Assembly (NCBI GenBank): GCA_001275005.1
Contig: JWZX01002530.1
Location: 1 to 33,221 of the forward strand
From: Chrysochromulina tobinii
Lineage: Eukaryota
Reading direction: 5' to 3'
Length of the DNA: 33,221 nucleotides
The notes under the pieces were generated by a model, which was not told where the DNA came from, did not search any database, and worked only from the letters and a program-made list of their open reading frames with translations. Made by a program: the position numbers and the translations under genes. Every line of letters starts with the position of its first letter. The stretch's first letter is position 1. Below are positions 1-10,142 of this stretch, piece after piece.

Positions 1-229
1 GCAAGTACGGAGCCTCGTGCTATCAGAAGAACCTCGAGCACCTCGCCAAATTCGAGCATCCGCCTGCCTCGGCCCGCGCAGCCACGCCGGTGCCGCGCAG
101 CCACGCCGGTGCTGCCGCGTGGCATGGCCCCCCCCACGCTCTCCGACCCCGGTGGGGGGCAAGGCGCGTGTACTTCCGCCGGCAAAGAAGCCCAAGAAGT
201 CGATCCCCGTGAGCGACGAGGACGACTGA
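1..229 (+). CDS. 3' end of a gene encoding a PBZ (poly(ADP-ribose)-binding, APLF-type) zinc finger; partial, probable intron 90-163
   Basis: The frame starting at base 3 reads (C)KYGASCYQKNLEHLAKFEHP, matching the PBZ consensus CxYGxxCYxKNxxHxxxFxHP. A phase-0 GT(90)...AG(163) intron joins it to ARVLPPAKKPKKSIPVSDEDD*, stop at 227-229. Confidence 0.75.
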   Translation, partial: QVRSLVLSEEPRAPRQIRASACLGPRSHAGAAQPRRCCRVAWPPPRSPTPVGGKARVLPPAKKPKKSIPVSDEDD

Positions 230-458
230 GCCCAGCAGGCCGAGGTGTCGGCACAGCTCGCACACGCACAGCGCGATAATCTCGTGTCGTCACGCGCACG
301 GTAAACTAACTTCGTATAAACATGGGAAGGCGAGGCGCGCGCGCTTCGCCTCGCATGCGAGCGCCGCCCAAACTCTTGATTGTGCCCGCCACGCGCTTGA
401 TGCGATTCGGGTGACCATCGTATCACCGCATCGCTTCAAGCGATGCGGCCTGTCACAG

Positions 459-1213
459 GAGCCTAAGCTTGACTTCTTTTTGGGCACGTCTCGCCTTTTC
501 GGACGCGAGTCCTGGGGCCTTGTGCTGGCCGCCGCCATGGGGCTGCCCGTGAAGAGCCTGGAGCCTCTGGGCATCCGTGGTGACTATGGCTTCCCCTCGC
601 CGTGTGGGAGATGGTATGATCGCGACATGGTATTGCCAGTCATGCAATGAGCGAGGCCAGCAGTACGGGACGAGCTCGAAGTCGAGAAGCAGAAGATCAT
701 GGATTGGCAGCAGGCCCAGGCTGCCGCCATGCAAAATCCCCGCATGATGCGTCTGCATGCCCCTGGAGCAGGCTTCATGAGCACGCGGGATTTTTCCCTG
801 CGGCTTAATTCCGAGGCAGGCCTCCAGCGGGAGTGCGGCCCGCAGACTGGCGCCGCTCAGCACGTCTACCATATCATTGCGAATGCAAGTGAGTCGCCTT
901 GCCGCCTTTTCCTGTCCTGCCCTCACTCACCCATGCCATACTCCCTGTCACACAGATGGCGCTTGGCGGGCCAGATCACGTTGACAACTACCTATTCGCA
1001 TTAGGTGGCAGCTTCAACATGTCCGTCTCAGCCAGACTCGACTCCTTCAACTGCTACATGGCAGGTCGCCTGAAGGCGGAGGCGGCAGTCAAAATCGCCC
1101 TGCGCGTGGCCGCCGACCCGAATCTCCATAAGCATATTCCGATTAGAGATAAAGAGAAGGGTATCCGAACCCTTTTCCAATTTAAGCCGCGAGCCCACCC
1201 ACACGACACGTAG
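459..1213 (+). pseudogene. Hypothetical spliced gene interrupted by an in-frame TGA (648-650); possible pseudogene
   Basis: Acceptor-like CACAG ends at 458. ORFs 411-650 and 699-1004 share one frame separated only by TGA 648-650. A GC-AG intron 885-955 (GCAAGT...pyrimidine tract...CACAG) joins that frame in phase to ORF 899-1213. No family recognised. Confidence 0.35.
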
Positions 1214-1290
1214 CACCAGTCCTGCTGTCAACCCGCATCTCCCCACGACTTTCCCGTGATTCCCCCCCATCCCCCCTTTTGCGCGGATGC

Positions 1291-2856
1291 ATGCGGAGGA
1301 GCGCCGTCGCGGTCCAAAATGTTTCAGAAGCAGCGCCCCCGCGTGAACTCCGGCTCTTAGGCGGCCGGCGCAAGGCGGAGCAGCCGCCCGCGCCCGAGCC
1401 GGGCTTTCTCGCGCAGACGCGACGCAACCTCGAGACGCTCAACATGGACGAGTGCAAGACGGCGCTCTACAAGGCGACGACCGACGACCCGCTGCCACCA
1501 AAGGAGAAGCACGTGCTCACGATCGTGCGGCTCGCGGGCGAGGAGGAGACGGCGGCGCAGGTGGATGCGGAGCTCACCAAGCGGTTGCAGGCGTGCCGCT
1601 CGTCAGCCTCGGCGACGGTCGCAGCCAAGGCGCTGCTCGTGCTCCACCGCGTCGCGAGTGCAGGGCACGTTGCGTCGCTCTCCCAAGCGGTGCGTGAGCT
1701 CGCTGCGGTGTGCTGCGAGCCGCAGGGCCGGCACGCGCAGGGCGAGTACGTGAGCGAGTGCGCTGCTTTCATGCGCGAGCTGTGCCTGTGGGGTGGCGTT
1801 GGAACGCTCCGCGACGCCGACGGCCTCGCTGGCCGTGCGTGGGCGAGCCGCACCGTGCGCGAGCTGGCTGCTGAGCTGCCGCGACTGCAGGGGCTCACGG
1901 CCGTCGCGCTCGAGTGCGCGAGCCTCGGCCGCTCCGCGAATGGCGCGCTGCAGGCGCTGCGCGTCGAGATCGTCGAGGATGCACTCTGTCTCTTCCGGCT
2001 CGAAGCGAACGCCGCAGCGACGCTGCAAGCGGGGCTGATGGCGCTGCCACCCGCGGCGGTGGCGGCGCGCGGCGGTGGCGCGCTCGAGCTTCTCGAGACG
2101 TTCATGATGCATGCGCGGCGCGCCGTCGCCCTCCAGGGCGCGCTGGCCGACGACGTCTTCGGCACCCAGCCGACCGCGGGGCTGGACGCTGTCCTCGAGC
2201 GGCGCCGGCTGTGGCCATCGCCTTCGTCGGCGACTTCCGCGCACGCCGAGGCGCCGGCGCGCGCGCGCGAGCTCGGCGACGACGGCGGAGACAGCGACGG
2301 CGGCGGTGGCCGCGGCGCCGTGAGTACACGCACGTCGTCCTACGACGGATGGGGCACCGCTCGCAGCCCACTGCCTGTTCCGTTGAGGGAGTCGCTGTCG
2401 GTGCGAACCGACGGCGGCACCCTGGACGACGAGCGCGACGCGCTGCTCCGGGCGCTTCTCGAGACCCTCCCGCCTCTGTCTCTCGCGTCGCTCTGTGAGA
2501 AGACTCTGGGGCAGAGCGTCGAGAGTGCAGTGCAGCTGAGCACGATGCAGTTGCGCACCATCGGCACCGCGCAGGCCATCCATGCCGCAAGGCTCGCCAA
2601 GAGGCCGGCCGCATGCCTCCTGCCGCAGCCGAGCGGCGGCGGCAGCCTCCAGCCACTGGCATCGGCACGCCCCGGGCTCGGCCGCGGCGGCGGCGACGGC
2701 GGCGGCGGCTCTTCGTTTTCTTCTGTGGAGCGCCACTTGCCAGCGCTCGATTTGGAAGCACTCCGACCACCATTCACAGGTGCCATTCACAGCCCAAGCC
2801 GATCAGGATCCATCTCACGAGCGAGGTCCGCGTCGCGCACCAGCGGCGGTGGTGAG

Positions 2857-2892
<36 letters not shown>

Positions 2893-5800
2893 GGCGGGAG
2901 CTCACCGCGCGGCGAGAGGATGGCGCTGCCGCCACTGCCTGTCCCGCTGGCAGAGATGCACCCATCCCTGTGCCTTGATCCGAGCTTCTCTGACGCCGCA
3001 CTCGGAGCGTACGAACTGCTACTGCTCGGCTGCGGCTCGCTCGGCGCGGGCGTGCGCGTGAGCGAGGTGGTGCCCGGCGGTGCAGCGGACCGCGCAGGGC
3101 TCAAGGTGGGCGACGTGATGTTCACATGCAATGGTCAGCTATTGCTCGGCACGCGCATAGCCAGCACCGCGCTGCGGAGCGCCGCGGACGCACATTCACA
3201 GCGCGCGCTGATCACACTCCTCGATGGGAGGGAGTTCGTGCTCGCCGGCCGCAGCGACTATCCGCCCACCAAGGCGAGTGGTGGCAAGGGGGCGGTGCAG
3301 CTGCCATTTGGGCTGCTGTGCGAGGCGATCCCGCGTCCAGGCGAGATGCCGACTCCTCCATCAGTCGAGGCACTCGAGGCGATGCTCGCTGTGATCCGCG
3401 GTCGCCTGGGCATCTCGCTTCGACAGCACAAGTGGCTGCTGCCCACGCTGAGGCAGCCCCTCGCGTCGGACGTGGCACTCGCATCGCCGCCCGCGCCCGT
3501 GGCGCCCGCGTACCGAGCGCTGCTGCTGCTGCATGCGGCGCCGATCTCGGGCAACCACCCGCGCCCTCCCGAGCTCAAGAGTTTCGTCACGCGCCAGGTG
3601 GGCTTGCTGCGCAATGCTCTGAGCAAATGCGACGACACGAGCAGCGGCGGCGCAGCGGCGCTGCGGCGGCTCGAGGCGCAGGCGGGCCGGCTACTGACGC
3701 TCCGGTTCGCGCCCGAGGCAGGCGCTGACGCGGGCGCGTCCGAGGCGCGAGCGATGGTCGCCACGCTGCGCGAGATCGGCGTGATCAGTGGCGTCGGCGC
3801 CGGCGGCGTCGGCGGCGTCGGCGCCGGTGGCGCCGGTGGCGTCGGCACGCTCGTATCTGCTGAGCTCGGCGACGAGATTGAGGGCGGCAGTGCGGGTTCT
3901 CCTCATGGCGGCGCCGCTGGCGGGCTAGTAGCGCTCCTACCGCGCTGGCCTGATGCTGTCGGGTACCGTCTTTACTGCGCCCTGCTCGAGGCACTCTTCG
4001 AGGCCGATGAGCCCTCAGAGCTCGCGGCCGACGCAGAGGTGGTGCTTGCTTTGCTCAAGTGCACGTGGCAGCCTTGCGGCATCGACGAGACACGCCACCG
4101 CCTTGCGCTGCTCTCGGTGGCCTTTGAGCATTACCAGCAGGCGGGTGCGCCGCAGCTGCTGCCGCGCATCCAGCGGTACGTCGACGAGCTCCAGGCGGCT
4201 AGGGGCGGCGGCAGCGGCGGCGGCAGCGGCGGCGGCAGCGGCGGCGGCAGTGGCGGCGGCGGTGGTGGCGGTGGCGGCAGCGGTGGGGGATGGACGAGTA
4301 CGCGCACCTCGGAGGTGCTTGCGGGCATGGCAGGCTACCTGAGTGGCAAGCTGCGTGATTATCGTGGCAACTTTGGCTGTCACACGGAGGAGTTGCGAGC
4401 ATGCGTCACACTCTGGCGCGCATGCCTCGTCGGCCTGTCAGACAGCCACCAGGTGCGCAACGTCCTCGATGAGCAAGCTCGAGGGCTCATTGAGGCCTCG
4501 ATGCAGCGCCACGTGAAACGGCTGCGCCTCGCCGTCGCAGCCGACCGCCAGGCAGCGGCGGATCATCGGGAGAGCTTCGGTGGTTTCATGGACGACGAGG
4601 CGAGCGGGCCGGCAATGGGCGAGGAATTCGAAGGTGCCCTCTGTCAACTCGTGAGTACCCTCGCCGAGGAGGTCGAGGTCGAGGTGGAGTTCGCCTCGTG
4701 CTTTGACGACTGCGTGGTGCGCCGCCCTGCGGACGAGCACCGTGCCGGAGGCAGCACCGGCGGCGGCCAGGGTGGCGTGGCCAGGAGCTCGGTAGAAGTT
4801 GCGAGAGGCGCTGGTGGCGGCGGCGGAGGAGGCGGCGGAGGAGGACGCGGCAGCGGCGGCGGCGGCGGCGTCGGCGGTGCGCGCGCAGCGTCGCCTGCGC
4901 TCGCGCACGCGCTGCGTTGCCTCGAGTCGTCCATCGAGTCCGACCTTGAGCTCTGCCTCGCCGCCTTCACCACAATCTCCTCGGGCACGATGGCGGTGGT
5001 CGAATCGCTCACTGAGCTTCACAAAGCATTCAGCCGTGCGGGGGCGCTCGAGCCGCTGCAGCCGTTGCGGACGCTCTGCGTGCAGCTCAGTGACGGGTGG
5101 GTAGCCCAGTTACCTGCTCTGCTCCAGTCCACGCTGAGCCGCGCTCTCGAAGTTGAGACTTGGGCGGCCATCTCAGACGCTGCACTACGCACGGGCTGCG
5201 TGATCGACATCTTCACTCAGCTCGATCGGCTCTCGCAAGTGTACGTGGCATACTGCGTCAACTTGCCAGTGAGCCTGCCGTCGTACTGCTATCAAGACTT
5301 CGTCGAGGTCGTCGAGCTGCAGGTGATCAACCTGGCCAGTGCGCTCGCCGCCAGCGTTCCAGCGCTGCCCCCCTCCGTGCTCCAGCGCATCCGCCGGGGC
5401 TCCTCCTTCGTACGATCGGCAGCGTCCGGCGCCCAAGTCGGCGCCCAAGGCAGCGCCTCGAGCGAGTCGCCCTCGATCTCGCCGTTTCAGCTCGCTCACG
5501 AAGCTCGGGGTGGCGCCCGGGGCGGCGCCTCCGACAGCGGCGGTTGCGGCGGCGGCGGCGGGACGGCCAGCATCCCGGTGCGTCCCGTGGGCCGTACCAA
5601 GGAACTCGACGAGATGACGCTGCGTCAGCTCTGCCTGCGACTCAACAACTGCGAATGGGCAGCCGAGCAGCTACTAGCCCTCGCCTCGCGCCTTCGGGCT
5701 GGCGTGCCTGCACTGGGACGGCTGCCCGGGAGGGCCGTCGAGCAGTGCGAGCAGTCGTGCCGCGACCTCCTCTACTACATCGCTGCCAAGGTGGTGTACT

Positions 5801-6156
5801 ACGAGCTCGAGCCCGCGCTCGTGACGGCGCTCTACCTGCCGCGGCCCGAAGAGGCGCGCTTGAGTGGGCTGCTCGGGCTGCTCACGCCGCGCCTGGCGGA
5901 GATGTGCAAGCTCGCCGCGCCACGCTGGACGCAAGGGCTGCTCGAGGGCGTGCTCTCAACCCTCGCGATCGCGATTGCCGCCGTCATCGAGCTCCCCGAC
6001 CGCCACTTCGAGCCGCACCACAAGGCACTGCTCGAAGAGGACGTCAACCTGCTGGGCGCGGCGTTCCTCAAGGCGACGGGGGGGGCGCTCGAGGAGCCGA
6101 TCGTCCGCGCGGCTCTCTCGGTCATCCGCGCCACTGGCGACGAAGCTACCGGCTGA
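1291..6156 (+). CDS. ANTH/ENTH + PDZ + MUN (DUF810, PATROL1/unc-13-like) multidomain trafficking protein, about 1620 aa, apparently intronless
   Basis: ANTH-type start ALYKATTDDPLPPKEKHV...AAKALLVLHR; PDZ signature GVRVSEVVPGGAADRAGLKVGDV...NG (~3050-3140); DUF810/MHD-like motifs LLKCTWQPCGI, ETWAAIS...VIDIF, LCLRLNN, YIAAKVVYYEL...LY. First ATG at 1291. Confidence 0.8.
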
Positions 6157-6408
6157 GACACGAACGTCCTTACCGCGACGCGAGATGTAGGCTTTGGGTT
6201 GTAGACGTTAGTTTTCAAGAGAATATAGAAGATAGAAGATGGCCATGGCCTTCGGCCTGTGATCGTTAATATTCGACGAACACTCGCGTAGCGACGTCGG
6301 ACGACGGCGAGAAGGAGGATGTCGACGTGCCAGCGACAGTCTCGTGCGGTCGTGGTGTGTTTCTCCCCACGCACGGCACCACAGCTCAGTGCAGGCACAG
6401 AGCCCGTG

Positions 6409-7068
6409 CTACGAAAAGTCTTCCCAGCCCGGATGCCCGCACTGAGCGAGAGCGTCCTGAAACAAGCAGTTTCCGGCGCCCCAGGGCGGCTGCAGCTCGT
6501 AGTCGCACCGCCTGTGCAGCACCAGCTGCCCGGCCACGGCACCCAGCGGCAGCAACAAGTGCCACGCGCTGTGCCAGCGCACGAAGGCGTCGCAATCGCC
6601 ACGCCGGAACGCGGCGGCACTGCGTTGCTTGCACACGAGTGCGAGCACCACGCCACTACCGAGGCAAACCGGCGACTCGATTGGAAAGTTGGAGTAGCCC
6701 ATGCAGCTCATCACAACCACACCAGCCTGTAGCATCGTGTTCACAATGGCCAGCACCCGGTCTGCGGTTTGCCAGCGACTCTCCCGGCCCCACATCTCCA
6801 CGTCGGCCATGAAGCTCATAAACCCGTTGCACACCACCGCGAAACCGGTGCAGCGCCACGGAAAGAGTGGTAGCCCACGCTCCAAGGGTTCGGGCCGCAC
6901 AACGAGCAGCCCACCAGCGACGCAGTAAGCAAACGGGCTCGCATAGTACCATACGGTACTCTGGACTCGTTCGCGCCACTCCGGGAACAAATCGGACGCG
7001 TCACCGTCCGTAGATCCGCCCGCCTCCTCCTCGTCGGGGTTCGACGTGAGCAGTCGTTCTTCGTCCAT
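6409..7068 (-). CDS. Multi-pass membrane protein, CREST-superfamily-like (hemolysin III/PAQR/alkaline ceramidase type motifs)
   Basis: 219 aa with about 5 hydrophobic segments; motifs SFMAD, WQTADR and a C-terminal HSAWH (HxxxH). Confidence 0.6.
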   Translation of the reverse strand: MDEERLLTSNPDEEEAGGSTDGDASDLFPEWRERVQSTVWYYASPFAYCVAGGLLVVRPEPLERGLPLFPWRCTGFAVVCNGFMSFMADVEMWGRESRWQTADRVLAIVNTMLQAGVVVMSCMGYSNFPIESPVCLGSGVVLALVCKQRSAAAFRRGDCDAFVRWHSAWHLLLPLGAVAGQLVLHRRCDYELQPPWGAGNCLFQDALAQCGHPGWEDFS

Positions 7069-7285
7069 GTGGACGAGAGTTTCCGCCGAGATCCGACTCT
7101 TGCCGAGAGTTTCCGACTGTGAATACCGAATTCGTCACAGTCGTTGAGTTCTCGTCTGCTAGTATGTGTACTAGAGAGAGGTGTAGGTGAGAGGTGTATT
7201 GACGCCGTGCAATTCAACCGCACCGAGCTTCGCTCCTCCGCGCCACCTCGTGCCCGCTGCCGACCCTAACTTTGCATCTACCATC

Positions 7286-7946
7286 TTAATCGGCTACGCA
7301 CGACAACGCGCCGTAACCCAACGCGGGCAAGGACCCACATGCATCGGCATCGGCTGGCCGTGTGCGTGCCGCGATGCCCGCGCTCGTGTTGATGAGCTCG
7401 CCATCAGGCACCTTGAGGAAGGCTCCGTATGCAGCGAGCTCAGAGATGGCGGCGGCGTGAATCCGATGCACCGTACCATCTGTGTGCTGCACCACGGCGT
7501 CGTGAGTGACTGGACGCAGCTTGCGGTACAACAGGTGGAACTCTCGCCGTACCTCGTCGCGCAGCAGGCCACGCACGCCCTCCGCGGTCGTCGTCGGCAT
7601 GCCACCAGACGCGTGGCGGTCCTGGAGGATTCCGGAACCTGTGCGAGGACGAAATACATTCTTAGCGATGAAGCCATCCGCGTCGGCGTGGACGAGAGCG
7701 GCGGCCTCCTCGCTCTCGCGGTCGCTTGATCGAAGTGACCATTGCTCGGGAAGCACCGAGCGCACCGCGGCTACCTCGAGCGGGTCGGGTAGAAAGCGTT
7801 CAACGCCGCCCGGTCGTGAAAGCGCGTAGGCCACTGCACGTCGGTGGGCGAGGCGGCATCCCAAGTCGGAAGAGATGATGGCACGCGAGCTCTCGATCTT
7901 GCAAATGGTCTCCCACTCAGCCCAGAGCTCACGAACCCGTTGTGCC

Positions 7947-7988
<42 letters not shown>

Positions 7989-8698
7989 CCGATCTCGACT
8001 GCCTTGTCATCAGCATCCCCTATCGGCACACCGAATGGGTGCGAGAAGTCGTATCTGCTGTACAATACAGAGATACGATGGGGGCCCAGCCGCAGATCTT
8101 TGGTGGCGCTGTCTACCACAGCCTCTGCAAGGTCGTTCATGCTCACGTACAGGACGTGCCGAATGCCGTACTCGGATTGGAGCCTACTCCCCACACCTCG
8201 AACATCCTCGGCAGTTCGCCTCGCGAGCCCGCTCGTCGGCTTTGTGAGGACTGCGACGCACGGCTCGTCGGGATGGACGAGCGCGGCGGCCGCCGCAATG
8301 GCCGCGCAGTGCACATCAAGTGGCCCTGGCTGAATGCCGCGTGCACCCTCACAGAGCAAGCGGCGGTGCAGAACGTCCACGTGGTATGGCTCGCCTGCTT
8401 GCACGTTTCCAACGGTCAGAAGGCATCGGCCTGGGACGACTTCGAGGTAGATCGAATTGGGAAGGAGCAGTCGGGGCTTGTGAGCCGCATATGGTGCCAT
8501 TCGTCGGTAGACTTCAAGCTCCTTCGCCTGCCATTTGCATGAGGGGATGCGGGAGCGAATCGCATCGGTGACGAATTCGACGTCGCGGGCCACCGCATCG
8601 TACAGCCGGTGGAGAGTTGGTTGCAGAGCGCCCAGCGAGTGTATCAGTGCGCTGTCACACCGCCGAGGCGTGAGACAAGACGACCGAATGCCCAACAT
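7286..8698 (-). CDS. Divergent eukaryotic glutathione synthetase-like ATP-grasp protein
   Basis: Collinear GSS-like blocks: ISVLYSRY, KIESSRAI...LSRPGGVERFL, ISELAAYGAFL, INTSAGIAARTR...GYGALSCV. Several canonical active-site motifs are altered. The 5' end is uncertain. Confidence 0.7.
7949..7987. repeat. (GCT)n trinucleotide microsatellite encoding poly-Ser in the GSS-like protein
   Basis: About 13 perfect GCT units; reads as a poly-Ser run on the minus strand. Confidence 0.95.
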
Positions 8699-8885
8699 GC
8701 GCGCGATGTGAGATTGAATTTAATTTATTGTGTGAAGATTCGTCACACCGAGTTTGGTGCTCAATTTGGTTCCGTTCCCACTCCCTAAACTTCTGCCTGG
8801 CTACTGCTCGCTCGCAGGATTGCATTTGGGGATGATGCCAATCTCGAGTCCATCCGAGCCTACAAGCCTGAGAGCCCATCGATGC

Positions 8886-9881
8886 TCAGTCCAGACGCAG
8901 TAGCCACGTGTCGTCGAGGCGCAGAGGCGCCTCATCGGTGCCCGCTAGCCCGCCAAAGAGTAGCGCCTCCCTGTCGGAGATCGCCGTCGCCGCTGCCCAT
9001 CCGCGCGCCTGTGGTTGCGGCCCGTCCTCGATGACGAGATGCACGGGTGCGCCGCCGGCGGTCACATCGAGCGCGACCAGGTCGGCAGCAAAGCCGCCCG
9101 CGCCTTCGTGCCCTCTATCCGAAGGGCTCACCTCCCCCCCGAAGAGACACACGAGCGGGCCCGAGGGGTGAGCCAAGCTGAACGAGGCACTCACGGACCG
9201 CGGACGCAGCCAGTTCGAAGGGGCGCGTGTCCAGGATCGGTTCGCACGATCGAAGCGCATGAGGTCGTTGCTCTCCGCACCTGTGAAGCCGCACGCGACC
9301 CACAGGGCGTGGCCGTCTGAGGCGGCTTCGAACGAGGCGCCTCCACGACCACTGAGGCCGGGCGGGTGTGGAAGCGTCGACCAGCGCCAGGAGGTGCGAT
9401 CAAGCTCGTGCAGAGTAGCCAGGCGACCGTCGGCGCCACAGCCACCGAAGACGTATATCTTATCGTCCAACGCCGCCAGCTGGTGGAAAGAGCGCGCTGC
9501 AGGTGGCGTGCCGGCAGTGGAGGGCTGCGCCCAGATGCCGGTGCCCACATCAAAGAGCCACAGATCATTCAACAGCCCCTCCCCCATGTCCAACCCCGTC
9601 CGACCGCCAAAGATGACGAGCTGGTCGTGGGAGACGCACTGCGCATGAGCCACCCGCGGCACCGGTTCGGGGCTCGCGACCGACGGAGTAATCGCCTTCC
9701 AGGAGGCGCCCGCATCTGCGACATCCAGAGCGTACACCTTGCTATCGATGGCATGCCTCGAGGTCTTCTCTCCGCCAAAGAGCAGCCCTCGCCCCCGAAG
9801 TGCTGAAAGGCCAAACGAAGAGCGCGCGCCAGGCAATGTTCCAACGGTGAGCTGAGTCCATCGGGCCGTCAAGCGCCGCAT
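8886..9881 (-). CDS. Kelch beta-propeller protein, nitrile-specifier protein-like
   Basis: Six kelch-type blades (PxARSxH...YVFGG...ND(L)W) and the FGGEVSPSDRGHEGAG loop typical of specifier-like kelch proteins. Confidence 0.8.
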   Translation of the reverse strand: MRRLTARWTQLTVGTLPGARSSFGLSALRGRGLLFGGEKTSRHAIDSKVYALDVADAGASWKAITPSVASPEPVPRVAHAQCVSHDQLVIFGGRTGLDMGEGLLNDLWLFDVGTGIWAQPSTAGTPPAARSFHQLAALDDKIYVFGGCGADGRLATLHELDRTSWRWSTLPHPPGLSGRGGASFEAASDGHALWVACGFTGAESNDLMRFDRANRSWTRAPSNWLRPRSVSASFSLAHPSGPLVCLFGGEVSPSDRGHEGAGGFAADLVALDVTAGGAPVHLVIEDGPQPQARGWAAATAISDREALLFGGLAGTDEAPLRLDDTWLLRLD

Positions 9882-10142
9882 TTAGAAATGGGTCCCCCAC
9901 CCTATAGAAAGGAGATACTATGTAGCCACAGGTGTGAGCTCCTTGACCAGAACAAGGTGTGAACTCGACGGCGGGCGAGCGGACGACGTTCTGGCACACA
10001 AACATCATCTCTTCACATGAAATGGCCATGTCAATTCACGGATAAGTGCGCACACGAGGGCGGACTGCTGCGCCGAGGCCGTCCACACAGTCGTGTCTCT
10101 CGTTCGTGCCTCTTGTTCGTGCCTCCGGGTAGAATTCCTAGC

